Shown here piece by piece: positions 1 to 9,578 of a stretch of DNA of 64,000 nucleotides. The DNA comes from Bacteroidaceae bacterium. GTDB lineage: Bacteria; Bacteroidota; Bacteroidia; Bacteroidales; Bacteroidaceae. A program made the translations under genes and the position numbers. How positions within the stretch are numbered: position 1 is the stretch's first letter; each line of letters opens with the position of its first letter. The stretch lies in contig JAEEZX010000006.1 in the NCBI GenBank assembly GCA_016292045.1, forward strand, positions 7,757 through 71,756, given 5' to 3'. The notes under the pieces are model-generated. The model did no database searches and had not been told where the DNA came from. It saw only the letters and a list, made by a program, of their open reading frames with translations.

Positions 1-181
1 CCATCTCCTCGTGGTTGTCCTGAACGCCGTGGTCTATCTCCTGCCACTGGAACTGGCTGATGTCTGCCCATGAATCAAGTTGACCCAGGTTGACAGCGCG
101 CTCCACAGTAAAGTTGTCTGCCCGTACGCTGCTGAATATCAGAGAAAGCAATACAAGAATTGGTAGTGTTTTTTTCATCAT
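1..181 (-). CDS. N-terminal fragment of a secreted hypothetical protein (runs off the window start)
   Basis: Minus-strand ATG at 181 (second ATG at 178). It is followed by the signal-peptide-like MMKKTLPILVLLSLIFSSVRA and stays open to position 1. A -7 box lies upstream at 236-243. Confidence 0.4.
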   Translation of the reverse strand, partial: MMKKTLPILVLLSLIFSSVRADNFTVERAVNLGQLDSWADISQFQWQEIDHGVQDNHEEM

Positions 182-235
182 GGTTATATTGCCTTTAGGT
201 TATAAGAATATTGCACAAAACAATGTTTATGGGCG

Positions 236-243
236 CAAATATA
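236..243 (-). promoter_or_regulatory. Bacteroidetes -7 promoter box (TATATTTG on minus strand)
   Basis: Plus strand reads CAAATATA, a match to TAnnTTTG, about 55 nt upstream of the minus-strand ATG at 181. Confidence 0.45.
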
Positions 244-310
244 TTAAAAAAAACTCATTTATTCAATACTTGAGTGCTTTTTTTGTGTTAAAGTCGAAAA
301 AAGTTGTTAA

Positions 311-346
311 AAAAACAAAAAAATAGGCACCCGGAAAGGATGCCTA
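311..346 (-). terminator. Rho-independent terminator after the sugar isomerase gene (hairpin usable on both strands)
   Basis: Hairpin TAGGCACCC-GGAAA-GGATGCCTA at 324-346 with one mismatch. It is flanked by an A-run (U-run on the minus transcript) and by TTTTT on the plus side. Confidence 0.65.
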
Positions 347-371
347 ATTTTTCTTGAGCTATACTCTCAAC

Positions 372-1868
372 TTAGCAGAAAGGATTCTCCGTGGGATAGA
401 AGTCGCCCTTCGGGAAGTTGTAGTCAATTTCCTCAACAGGAATACCCATGTACTTCAGCACCTCCCACAGATACTTGCCGGCGTGCTCGAACATAACGGC
501 AGCGTGGTGAGGATAGTGCTTCTCAATCAGCACGTGACGATAGAAGCGGCTCATATTCTTAATGCCGAAGGTGCCGATGCTGCCGAACGAACGGGTGGCA
601 ACGGGAAGAATCTCACCCTGGGCGATGTAGGCACGCAGCTTGGTGTCGGCAGTAGACTGCAGACGATATACCGTAGCCTTGCCGGGAACGAGGTCGCCCT
701 CGAGAGTGCCGTTGGTAACCTCTACGGGCAGAGCGCGGGCCATGATACGCTGGAAGCACATCTGACAGTTGCAAACCTTGGAGCTGGCAGTGTTGCCGCA
801 GTGGAAGCCCATGAAGATCTCCTTCTCAGTGTAGCTGTCGCACTCGAACTTTTTACCCTTGATGCTCTCCTCGTACATATCCTGAGGCACAGAGTTGTTG
901 ATGTCGAGCAGAGTGACAGCGTCCTGAGTGATGCAGGTGCCGATGAACTCGGACAGAGCACCGTAGATGTCCACCTCGCAGGCTACGGGAATACCGCGAG
1001 CCGTGAGACGGCTGTTGACATAGCAGGGCACGAAGCCGAACATTGTCTGGAAGGCAGGCCAGCACTTGTTGGCCATAGCCACATACTGGCGAGAACCCTT
1101 GTGACCATCAATCCAGTCGGTCAGAGTGAGTTCGTACTGAGCCAGCTTGGGCAGAACCTGAGGAATCCTGTTGCCGGTGCCGAGCTCCTTGACCATATCA
1201 GCTACAACAGCGTCGATGCGGGAATCGCCGGCGTGCTTCTGGAATGCCTCGAGAAGGTCGAGCTCTGAATTTTCCTCGATTTCAACGTCAAGATCATACA
1301 GTGCACGGATGGGAGCGTTGCAGGCCAGGAAGTTGTTGGGACGGGGACCGAAAGAGATAATCTTGAGGTTCTGCAGACCCACGATAGCGCGGGCGATGGG
1401 CAGGAACTCGTGAATCATCTCAGCGCACTGGCAGGCGTCGCCCACGGGCTCCTCGGGAATGTAGGCGCGGGTCTTGCGTAGAGAGAGAGCCTGGCTGGCA
1501 TTCAGCATACCGCAGTAAGCGTCGCCACGACCGTCGATGAGGTCGTTCTGAGTCTCCTCGGCAGCAGCGCAGTACATCGTTGGACCCTGGAACCAGTCGG
1601 CAATCATGGTCTCGGAAATCTCAGGACCGAAGTTGCCGAGATATACGCACAGAGCGTTACAGCCGGCCTTCTTGACGTCCTCGAGAGCCTGCTGGGCGTG
1701 AATCTCACTCTCAACGATGCAGATGGGGCACTCGTAGATGCCGTCCTTGCCGAACTTCTTCTCATACGCTGCAATGACAGCCTTGCGGCGGTTGACAGCC
1801 AATGACTCGGGGAAACAGTCGCGGCTCACGGCCACGATACCGATCTTAATAACAGGAATGTTTTGCAT
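372..1868 (-). CDS. L-fucose/L-arabinose isomerase family protein
   Basis: 498-aa ORF. N-terminal IKIGIVAVSRDCFP and the central FHCGNTAS motif are typical of FucI-like sugar isomerases. -7 box at 1913-1920. Confidence 0.65.
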   Translation of the reverse strand: MQNIPVIKIGIVAVSRDCFPESLAVNRRKAVIAAYEKKFGKDGIYECPICIVESEIHAQQALEDVKKAGCNALCVYLGNFGPEISETMIADWFQGPTMYCAAAEETQNDLIDGRGDAYCGMLNASQALSLRKTRAYIPEEPVGDACQCAEMIHEFLPIARAIVGLQNLKIISFGPRPNNFLACNAPIRALYDLDVEIEENSELDLLEAFQKHAGDSRIDAVVADMVKELGTGNRIPQVLPKLAQYELTLTDWIDGHKGSRQYVAMANKCWPAFQTMFGFVPCYVNSRLTARGIPVACEVDIYGALSEFIGTCITQDAVTLLDINNSVPQDMYEESIKGKKFECDSYTEKEIFMGFHCGNTASSKVCNCQMCFQRIMARALPVEVTNGTLEGDLVPGKATVYRLQSTADTKLRAYIAQGEILPVATRSFGSIGTFGIKNMSRFYRHVLIEKHYPHHAAVMFEHAGKYLWEVLKYMGIPVEEIDYNFPKGDFYPTENPFC

Positions 1869-1912
1869 AATACTAATATAAATTAAGGATGTATTTTTGG
1901 TATTTTATGCCA

Positions 1913-1920
1913 CAAATGTA
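1913..1920 (-). promoter_or_regulatory. -7 promoter box (TACATTTG on minus strand)
   Basis: Plus strand reads CAAATGTA, about 45 nt upstream of the ATG at 1868. Confidence 0.5.
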
Positions 1921-2046
1921 AACATATTTTCCGATATAGCAAAAAAAGTGAAGCACGGAATAAACTTTCGGAGCTTTTTTCTGTCTAAATAATGTGACAT
2001 TATGATTTTTGCGTATATTTTTAATCACAACACATAACTACCTGAC

Positions 2047-4464
2047 ATGAAAAAACTACTCACAACACTCTTAACACTGCTGATGGCAGCTGCGGGAGTG
2101 CAGGCACAGGTGTCGTTCGGCCACGCCGAGAAAATCAACAAGGGATGGAGTTTCCTGCGTGTGGACTCCGCATGGAACGTCGGCGAGAGCCCTGCGATGA
2201 AGGAGAAAGCCTTCGACGACACGCGATGGCGCAAAGTGGACCTGCCGCACGACTGGGGCGTGGAACTGCCCATGTCGCCCGACAAGGGTTCGTGTCAGGG
2301 TTATCTGCCGGGAGGCGTGGCATGGTATCGACTCCATATCCCCGCCGGCAAACTGACTGAGGGACGCCGCCACTACATATACTTCGAGGGCGTGTACAAC
2401 TACTCCGAGGTGTACCTCAACGGACATCTGCTGGGCAAGCGGCCGAGCGGTTTTGCCTCGTTCCTCTACGACATGACACCGTATCTAGAGAAGGGCGACA
2501 ACGTGGTGGCAGTGCGCGTGAATCACGGGCAGGAATTCGACTCGAGATGGTACACAGGTTCCGGCATCTACCGCAACGTGTGGCTGGTGAGCGCTCCAGA
2601 GATACATCTGGCACAGTGGGGCACAGCCTACCGGCTGACCGCCATCAACAAGAGCAAAGCCACGGTGGAAGTGGACGTGGAGACGAGTGAAGAGTTAAAA
2701 GTGAAAAGCGAAAAGCTGAGTGCTACGGTGGAGCTCATCGACTGGGACGGAAAGGTGGTGGCAACGGCGAAGACACCAATCGGCAGCAGCGAGAAGAAAA
2801 CGGTGAAGCTGGCGGTGAAGAACCCGCAACGCTGGACACTTGAGAGACCCTATCTCTATACGCTCAGAACCGTGCTCAACGCCCCGAAGACTGAGGACAA
2901 CGACACATCTGTGGTGCGCGCCGGTCTGCGCACGCTGGACTTCTCGCCCAACAAGGGATTTGCACTGAACGGCGAATGGATGAAGGTGAAGGGCGTGTGC
3001 GTGCACGACGACGCAGGCGTGCTGGGCGTGGCTGTGCCGAAGGAAGTGTGGCGCCGCCGTCTCGTGGAACTCAAGGACATCGGTGTGAATGCCATACGTC
3101 TGAGCCACAATCCGCACGCACCGGAGCTGTACGACCTGTGCGACGAACTGGGACTGCTGGTGATGGACGAGGCATCGGACGAATGGGAATTCCCCAAACG
3201 CAAATGGATGAAGGGATGGAACGCCGGCAAACCCGAGTTCCAGGGCACATACACCTACTTCGAGGAATGGATAGACCGCGATGTGGCCGACATGGTGCGC
3301 CGCGACCGCTGTCATCCCTGCGTGTTCCTGTGGAGCATAGGCAACGAGGTGGACTACCCCAACGACCCCTACTCTCACCCCGTGCTCAACGGTGACGGAA
3401 AGGAATTCACACAGCCGGCCTACGGAGGCTACAAACCCGAGCAACCCAACGCAGAGCGTATCGGTATCATAGCACAGCGACTGGCAAAGATAGTGAAAGC
3501 CATCGACCCCTCAAGACCCACGACGGGTGCACTGGCAGGTGTGGTGATGTCCAACGCCACGGCCTACCCCTCCGCTGTGGACGTGGTGGGATACAACTAC
3601 ACGGAAAGCCGCTACGGCATTGACCACAAGACATATCCGGAAAGAATCATTTACGGCTCGGAAAACCGCCACGACCTGCCTGCATGGAAGGCAGTGACGG
3701 ACAACGAACACATCTTCGGACAGTTCCTCTGGACCGGCATCGACTATCTGGGCGAGAGCGGTCAGTGGCCCGCACGCGGTTCGTCGGCAGGACTGCTGGA
3801 CCTGGCCGGATGGCGCAAGCCCTCAGGATGGTATCGTGCCACGCTGTGGAGTACAAAACCCGTATGCTACATCGGCACCTACCGCAACTTCGCGCGAGGC
3901 AACAACCGCCGCAACCAACGCCCCAATATCAACGCCTCCGGACGGTGGAACTGGGAAAAGGGCGACAGCGTGAATGTGGTGTGCATCACCAACGGCAAGA
4001 ACGCACGACTGCTGATCAACGGCAAGGAGGTGGGCGGAAAGCCCAGGCGCGACGAGTCAACAGGTGCACTGATGTGGAGCGTGGCGTACGAACCCGGCAC
4101 ACTGCGCTGCGAGACAGACAACGGTGCGTCGTATGAACTGGTGACAACGGGCAAACCCTATGCCCTGAAAGTGACCACCGACTCAGTGGCACACGTCTTT
4201 GTGGAAGTGGTGGATGAAAACGGCAACACGGTGACGACGGCCGACAACGAAGTGACTCTCATGGTACGCGGAGCACGTCTGCTGGGTATGGAGCACGGCA
4301 ACATCGCCGATGCCACCATCACAGGACGTCAGCAGCGCAACCGTCTGCGCACACACGGCGGACGTCTCGTGGCATATATACAGCCCGAAGAGGGTGCAAC
4401 GATGTTCACCGTAAGAGCCTCATCGCCCTTCCTTGAGGGAGGGACCCTTACGGTGAACCGTTGA
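2047..4464 (+). CDS. Glycoside hydrolase family 2 protein (beta-galactosidase-like), secreted
   Basis: 805-aa ORF with a signal peptide (MKKLLTTLLTLLMAAAGVQA). GH2 hallmarks are DLPHDW, WSIGNEV (acid/base) and YGSENR (nucleophile region). Confidence 0.85.
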   Translation: MKKLLTTLLTLLMAAAGVQAQVSFGHAEKINKGWSFLRVDSAWNVGESPAMKEKAFDDTRWRKVDLPHDWGVELPMSPDKGSCQGYLPGGVAWYRLHIPAGKLTEGRRHYIYFEGVYNYSEVYLNGHLLGKRPSGFASFLYDMTPYLEKGDNVVAVRVNHGQEFDSRWYTGSGIYRNVWLVSAPEIHLAQWGTAYRLTAINKSKATVEVDVETSEELKVKSEKLSATVELIDWDGKVVATAKTPIGSSEKKTVKLAVKNPQRWTLERPYLYTLRTVLNAPKTEDNDTSVVRAGLRTLDFSPNKGFALNGEWMKVKGVCVHDDAGVLGVAVPKEVWRRRLVELKDIGVNAIRLSHNPHAPELYDLCDELGLLVMDEASDEWEFPKRKWMKGWNAGKPEFQGTYTYFEEWIDRDVADMVRRDRCHPCVFLWSIGNEVDYPNDPYSHPVLNGDGKEFTQPAYGGYKPEQPNAERIGIIAQRLAKIVKAIDPSRPTTGALAGVVMSNATAYPSAVDVVGYNYTESRYGIDHKTYPERIIYGSENRHDLPAWKAVTDNEHIFGQFLWTGIDYLGESGQWPARGSSAGLLDLAGWRKPSGWYRATLWSTKPVCYIGTYRNFARGNNRRNQRPNINASGRWNWEKGDSVNVVCITNGKNARLLINGKEVGGKPRRDESTGALMWSVAYEPGTLRCETDNGASYELVTTGKPYALKVTTDSVAHVFVEVVDENGNTVTTADNEVTLMVRGARLLGMEHGNIADATITGRQQRNRLRTHGGRLVAYIQPEEGATMFTVRASSPFLEGGTLTVNR
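2688..2722. repeat. Period-7 purine-rich repeat inside the GH2 coding sequence
   Basis: TGAAGAG TTAAAAG TGAAAAG CGAAAAG CTGAGTG. Positions 2686-2705 are identical to 49928-49947. Confidence 0.7.
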
Positions 4465-4468
4465 ACCG

Positions 4469-4690
4469 TTAATACTCGTCCTCGTTGAAGAGGAAGTCTT
4501 CCTTGGTGGGATAGTCCGGCCAGAGATCCTCGATATTCTCGTAGATATCGCCCTCGTCCTCAATCTCCTCGAGGTTTTCAATCACCTCGAGGGGAGCGCC
4601 GCTACGCACTGCGTAGTCGATAAGCTCTTCACGAGTGGCAGGCCAGGGAGCATCCTCCAGTTTAGATGCCAATTCCAGTGTCCAATACAT
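4469..4690 (-). CDS. DUF2795-like small acidic protein
   Basis: 73-aa ORF. ASKLEDAPWPATREELIDYAVRSGAP resembles DUF2795 family proteins. Confidence 0.6.
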   Translation of the reverse strand: MYWTLELASKLEDAPWPATREELIDYAVRSGAPLEVIENLEEIEDEGDIYENIEDLWPDYPTKEDFLFNEDEY

Positions 4691-4734
4691 AATCTTATAT
4701 TTTTGTGTTATTCATTTCTGTTAATCTGTGTTTC

Positions 4735-5175
4735 TCACCAGTTGACGATATAGTTCTGTTTGTGGAGCTTAGGAGTAAATAGCGCAATGCCCATATCGTA
4801 GAGGTCGAAGGTGACGCGCGTGCGGGCGTCCTTCTTTATCATCTCCCATGCCGTGAGATTGTCCTGCAGGCTGTCAAGCACGAGCATCGCATCCGGAGAG
4901 AGACGTTTGCCCACCTCGGGGTTCCAGCGCATGACATGGATGAACGGGCGCTCCCCACACCAATTGTGCAGGCGGAAGAGCAGGCGCTCGCGCTTGCGCT
5001 GACAGCGGCGCTGCCACCAGTTGCCCGTGAGACGCTTATCAATGTCCTCGTAGGCATAATAGTGGTTGTTCTCATAGACCACATCGCGCAGGAAATTGTA
5101 GGCAAACGGCGAATGGACACCGTAACCCTTGCGGTGGGCCAGACGTTTGAGCCATATCAGCGGATGGTGTATCAT
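4735..5175 (-). CDS. Conserved hypothetical protein
   Basis: 146-aa ORF. Its start overlaps the stop of the upstream channel gene (ATGA at 5172-5175). No motif recognised. Confidence 0.5.
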   Translation of the reverse strand: MIHHPLIWLKRLAHRKGYGVHSPFAYNFLRDVVYENNHYYAYEDIDKRLTGNWWQRRCQRKRERLLFRLHNWCGERPFIHVMRWNPEVGKRLSPDAMLVLDSLQDNLTAWEMIKKDARTRVTFDLYDMGIALFTPKLHKQNYIVNW

Positions 5176-6029
5176 GCTTGAGGATGATTCTTATCTTGTT
5201 CCACAACAGTGCCGCAGTGGGGGCAGTAGTTCATCTCTTCGTTCATGGGGCAGCCGCACTCCGGACACTTCGGACCGTACTTCTCATCGTCGAAGATATG
5301 GCGGTCGTGAATGAACTGCGCCGAGACGATACCCGTGGGCACAGCCATAATGGTATAGCCCAGCAGCATGACAAGCATGGAGAGAATACGTCCGAGGTGC
5401 GTTACGGGTGCTATGTCGCCGTAGCCCACCGTGGTCATCGTGACAACTGCCCAGTAGATGCTGGAGGGGATGTCGCGGAACTGGCTCCCGGGCACAGTGC
5501 TCTCCACCATATACATCAGTGTGCCGAGCGATATAACCATGATGACCACGAAGAGGAAAAACACCATTATCTTGCGTGAGGAGAGCATCAGCGAGCGCAT
5601 CAAACGGTCGCCTTCCTCGAGGAACGAGAACAGCTTGAAGACGCGGAAGACGCGAATGAGACGAAACGTGCGGACAATCATCAGATACCTCACCGGACCG
5701 AAGAACCAGCCGATATAGAGCGGCAGGGTGGCAAGGAGGTCGACAATGCCGAAGAAGGAGAAGATATACTCTCGCGGCTTCTTGGAGCACCAGATACGAC
5801 ACAGATATTCGACGGTGAAGAATGCCGTGAAGACATACTCCAACACCTCGAACACCTTCTTCCACAGGGGCGCTATTCCCTGCATGCTTTCCACGATGAC
5901 AAGGAGTATGGACAAGACGATTGCCCACAGGAGCGTGACATCGAAGAGTTTGCCCGCCGGCGTATCACTATAGAATATTATCCTATAGACGCGCGCCTTG
6001 ATTTCATCAAGTTTCTCTGGACGTTTCAC
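5172..6029 (-). CDS. Voltage-gated K+ channel (ion transport protein) with C-terminal zinc-ribbon
   Basis: 285 aa. S4-like RTFRLIRVFRVFKLF, selectivity filter TTVGYGD and a C-terminal CPECG...CPHCG motif. Confidence 0.85.
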   Translation of the reverse strand: MKRPEKLDEIKARVYRIIFYSDTPAGKLFDVTLLWAIVLSILLVIVESMQGIAPLWKKVFEVLEYVFTAFFTVEYLCRIWCSKKPREYIFSFFGIVDLLATLPLYIGWFFGPVRYLMIVRTFRLIRVFRVFKLFSFLEEGDRLMRSLMLSSRKIMVFFLFVVIMVISLGTLMYMVESTVPGSQFRDIPSSIYWAVVTMTTVGYGDIAPVTHLGRILSMLVMLLGYTIMAVPTGIVSAQFIHDRHIFDDEKYGPKCPECGCPMNEEMNYCPHCGTVVEQDKNHPQA

Positions 6030-6040
6030 TCTCTCCTACT

Positions 6041-7438
6041 CTACTGGAAAGAATATACCACCTCCATCACTTTCTTGCCGATTTCGTCGGCGGCTTCCAT
6101 TGTGGCAGCCTCAGAGTAGACACGTATGATGGGTTCGGTGTTGGACTTGCGCAAGTGCACCCAACGGTCGGGGAAATCGATTTTTACACCGTCGATATCC
6201 GTCACGCTGACACCCTCCTCGCGCTCGTACATGGACTTCACCTTGCTGAGGATTGCATCCACATCGGTACTAGGAGTGAGGTCGATACGGTTCTTCGCTA
6301 TCTGATAAGGAGGATAGGTGGCACGCAGTTCGCTCGTCTTCATGCCCCGCTTGGCGAGATATGTGAGGATGAGGGCAATGCCTACAAGAGCATCGCGTCC
6401 GTTGTGTGCAGCGGGATAGATGACACCGCCGTTGCCCTCGCCGCCGATGACGGCGTTTGTGGCCTTCATCGCAGTCACTACATTCACCTCACCCACGGCG
6501 GCAGCTGTGTAGCGGCATCCGGAGAAACGGTTGGTGACATCGCGCAGGGCACGTGTTGAAGACAGGTTGGAAACGGTATTGCCAGGCGTGTGCTGGAGGA
6601 TGTAGTCGGCCACGGTGACGAGGGTGTATTCCTCACCGTACATCGTACCGTCCTCGCAGAAAAGAGCCAGACGGTCCACATCGGGATCCACCACAAAACC
6701 AATGTCGTGACCGCCTTTCTGCATGAGAGCCTTTATGTCGCCGAGATTCTTCTCAAGAGGTTCGGGATTGTGCTGGAAGTCGCCGGTGGGCTCTGTGTAG
6801 AGACCCGTGACGTGCTTCACACCGAGTTGTTCGAAAAGTTTGGGCAAGATGACACCGCCGACGGAATTGACAGCGTCGAATGCCACACTGAAATCAGCCT
6901 TCCGGATAGCCTCCACGTCGACGAGGTCGAGACCCAGCACGAGATCGATGTGACGCTGGTCGTAACTATTATCCTCGCGGTAGGAACCGAGATGGTCCAC
7001 ATCGGCATATTCGAAAGCCTCTACCTCTGCGATGCGAAGCACCTCCTCGCCGTCGGCCTTACTGAGAAACTCACCGTCAGCACCCAGGAGTTTGAGGGCA
7101 TTCCACTGACGGGGATTGTGGGAAGCCGTGAGAATGATGCCGCCATCGGCACCTTCCATTGTGACAGCCACCTCCGTGGTGGGAGTGGAAGCAAGCCCTA
7201 TATTCACCACATCGAAACCCATGCCCATAAGACTGCCGCACACCACGTTCTTTACCATCTCGCCGGAGATGCGGGCGTCGCGACCTACGACAATCTTGCC
7301 GGAACCGTTTGGACGGACCTTGCGTATGAGCGTTGCGTAGGCTGATGTGAATTTAACAATATCAAGAGGATTGAGCGTGTCACCGGCGGGGCCTCCGATG
7401 GTACCACGAATGCCGGAAATAGACTTAATTAAAGTCAT
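6041..7438 (-). CDS. glmM: Phosphoglucosamine mutase
   Basis: 465 aa. SGIRGTIGG N-terminus, active-site TASHNP and alpha-D-phosphohexomutase architecture. Confidence 0.85.
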   Translation of the reverse strand: MTLIKSISGIRGTIGGPAGDTLNPLDIVKFTSAYATLIRKVRPNGSGKIVVGRDARISGEMVKNVVCGSLMGMGFDVVNIGLASTPTTEVAVTMEGADGGIILTASHNPRQWNALKLLGADGEFLSKADGEEVLRIAEVEAFEYADVDHLGSYREDNSYDQRHIDLVLGLDLVDVEAIRKADFSVAFDAVNSVGGVILPKLFEQLGVKHVTGLYTEPTGDFQHNPEPLEKNLGDIKALMQKGGHDIGFVVDPDVDRLALFCEDGTMYGEEYTLVTVADYILQHTPGNTVSNLSSTRALRDVTNRFSGCRYTAAAVGEVNVVTAMKATNAVIGGEGNGGVIYPAAHNGRDALVGIALILTYLAKRGMKTSELRATYPPYQIAKNRIDLTPSTDVDAILSKVKSMYEREEGVSVTDIDGVKIDFPDRWVHLRKSNTEPIIRVYSEAATMEAADEIGKKVMEVVYSFQ

Positions 7439-7468
7439 TGCAATTTTTATTTAAAAGGTAATTATATC

Positions 7469-9454
7469 TTACTTCTTTGCCACAATAATAACAAAGTTCT
7501 TCGCGGGCACTGTGAGTGCAATGCTGGTTCCGGAGGCTATAACTGTGCTCTCCTGAGGCTGGATGGCATTTGGATTGTCGACAGTGTTCTCCAGTTCGTA
7601 GTCAGAGAGGTCGAGAGTGATGGCCTTCACTTCGCCGAGCTTCTTGATGTCCTTGAGGTCGATGCGCACAGCCTCGTCGCCCTCGCGGGTGTTGACGAGT
7701 TTCACGATATACTCACCCTTCTTCGTATCGGTGCAAGCCTGAGCGAAGAGACCGTCCTCACCCAGAGGAGTGGGATTGGAGAGAGAGGTGGTGAGCACGT
7801 TGGTACCCTTGTTCTGAGAGAAGAGAGCCTGAACCCAATAGGATGCCGTGCGGGCGCAACGCAGGTTGTCGAACCAGATTGCGTCGGGACGCCACTGCCA
7901 ACCCTTCACGTGGGCGAAGAGAGGAGCGTAGGTGGCCATGTGAACCACATCGGCGTTCTTCTCCAGATTGAGCATGAAAGCAGCCTCGTAGATGGAAGCG
8001 CCGGCATGGTTGTACTTCTTGCCTCTGTCGTGGCAGGCATACTCGCCGGCAAACACCTTCGGACCGGTACGGTCGTATTCGTCATAGCGGTTCATCTCGC
8101 GTTTGAACCAGTCGATATTGCGATAGAAGTGCTCGTCGACGAGGTCGGCCTTCTGCTCCTTCATAGCCTCCCAGCCGATATCGAAATTGTGACCCTCGGA
8201 ATCAGGACCGGAAGTGCCCACAATCTTGATTTCGGGATGAGCCTTGCGCACTGCGTCAGCAACAATCTTCACACGCTTGAAATAGAAATCACCCCACTGC
8301 TCGTTACCGATACCGAGGAATTTAAGATTGAAAGGAGCTGGATGTCCCATCTCGGCACGCAGCTTACCCCACTTGGTATTTACGTCGCCGTTTGCAAATT
8401 CAATAAGGTCGTTGCAGTCGTCGATATAGGGCTTAAGAGCAGCCTCAGTGGCGGGCACGTGGGCAGACTCCTTATCCCAGTTCTGATACTGGCATGCCAT
8501 ACCGACATTGAGGATAGGCAGAGGCTCGGAACCGAGCTCCTCAGAGAGGAGGAAGAATTCATAGAAACCAAGACCGTAAGACTGGAAATAGTCGGGATAG
8601 TAGCGATGGGTGTAGGTCGACTCCCAGCGGTTCTTGTTGAGAGGACGGTTTTCAACGGGACCAACCGTGTTCTTCCACTGATAGCGAGTCTCCAGATTCG
8701 CACCCTCGACAATGCAGCCGCCGGGGAAGCGGAACACACCCGGACGCATATCGTAGAGAGCCTGGGCGAGATCCTTGCGCATACCGTTCTCATGACCCTT
8801 CCATGTGTCAACGGGGAAGAGAGAGAGATGCTCCACATCCATCACGCCGTCACCGTTGCGGCCGTTCTCCGAGCATAAGAATACGCGAAGATTAGCATCC
8901 TCCTTCGTACGGTTCGACTTAAGAATAACGGTGTATTTCTTCCACTCCTTGGATGTCACCTTGATATCCTGAGAGGCAAATTCCTGATGCTCTTCCATTG
9001 AATACTCGTCAATGAGCTGCACACGCAGAACCTGAGCCTTGCCCTCGGGCACACGAGCCCAAACGGAGAAACGATACGATGCACCGCGCTTCACTCCGAT
9101 ACCGAAGAAGCCTTCGTTCTGAAGACCCGTCCACATATCGTTGTGACCGGCACAGGAAAGACGCACATAATGAGGATTCTTCTCAAAGGGGCCATCATTC
9201 TTCACCTCCACCTTACCGAAGGCCTGCCAACCCATAAGATGGTCGGGAGCGAATTCGAAAGAACGATTCTTGACCAACTCGGCATAAAGACCACCGTCTG
9301 CACCATAGTTGATATCCTCGAAGAAGATACCGTACATTGTGGGCTGAATGACACTACCGGCCTTACCGGCTTCCACGGTGACAACATTGTCCTGAGCGTT
9401 TAGGGACATAGCACCTGCTAACGCTGCACAAAATAGGATTTTTCTTAGTTTCAT
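7469..9454 (-). CDS. Alpha-L-arabinofuranosidase (GH51-like), secreted
   Basis: 661 aa with a signal peptide. NRSFEF, FRFPGGC and LGIGNEQWG motifs are typical of GH51. Confidence 0.75.
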   Translation of the reverse strand: MKLRKILFCAALAGAMSLNAQDNVVTVEAGKAGSVIQPTMYGIFFEDINYGADGGLYAELVKNRSFEFAPDHLMGWQAFGKVEVKNDGPFEKNPHYVRLSCAGHNDMWTGLQNEGFFGIGVKRGASYRFSVWARVPEGKAQVLRVQLIDEYSMEEHQEFASQDIKVTSKEWKKYTVILKSNRTKEDANLRVFLCSENGRNGDGVMDVEHLSLFPVDTWKGHENGMRKDLAQALYDMRPGVFRFPGGCIVEGANLETRYQWKNTVGPVENRPLNKNRWESTYTHRYYPDYFQSYGLGFYEFFLLSEELGSEPLPILNVGMACQYQNWDKESAHVPATEAALKPYIDDCNDLIEFANGDVNTKWGKLRAEMGHPAPFNLKFLGIGNEQWGDFYFKRVKIVADAVRKAHPEIKIVGTSGPDSEGHNFDIGWEAMKEQKADLVDEHFYRNIDWFKREMNRYDEYDRTGPKVFAGEYACHDRGKKYNHAGASIYEAAFMLNLEKNADVVHMATYAPLFAHVKGWQWRPDAIWFDNLRCARTASYWVQALFSQNKGTNVLTTSLSNPTPLGEDGLFAQACTDTKKGEYIVKLVNTREGDEAVRIDLKDIKKLGEVKAITLDLSDYELENTVDNPNAIQPQESTVIASGTSIALTVPAKNFVIIVAKK

Positions 9455-9490
9455 AGTATGTTTATTTGTGTTTATTCATTTACAGCGTGC

Positions 9491-9498
9491 CAAATATA
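9491..9498 (-). promoter_or_regulatory. -7 promoter box (TATATTTG on minus strand)
   Basis: Plus strand reads CAAATATA, about 37 nt upstream of the GH51 ATG at 9454. Confidence 0.5.
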
Positions 9499-9562
9499 TA
9501 AAAAAGTTGAGAGTTGCATACAACACGTAGAAAGTTTTTTTTGAAAATAATTGTTTTTTTTG

Positions 9563-9570
9563 TATTTTTG
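9563..9570 (+). promoter_or_regulatory. -7 promoter box TATTTTTG
   Basis: Match to TAnnTTTG only 9 nt before the ATG at 9579, which implies a leaderless or near-leaderless mRNA. Confidence 0.45.
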
Positions 9571-9578
9571 CACACGAA

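Noticed and set aside
90-326. 78-aa plus-strand ORF in the first intergenic region.
   Set aside because: It lies in an AT-rich spacer that carries a minus-strand promoter box and a terminator. It overlaps the N-terminus of the minus-strand secreted protein and its sequence is Lys/Phe-rich junk.
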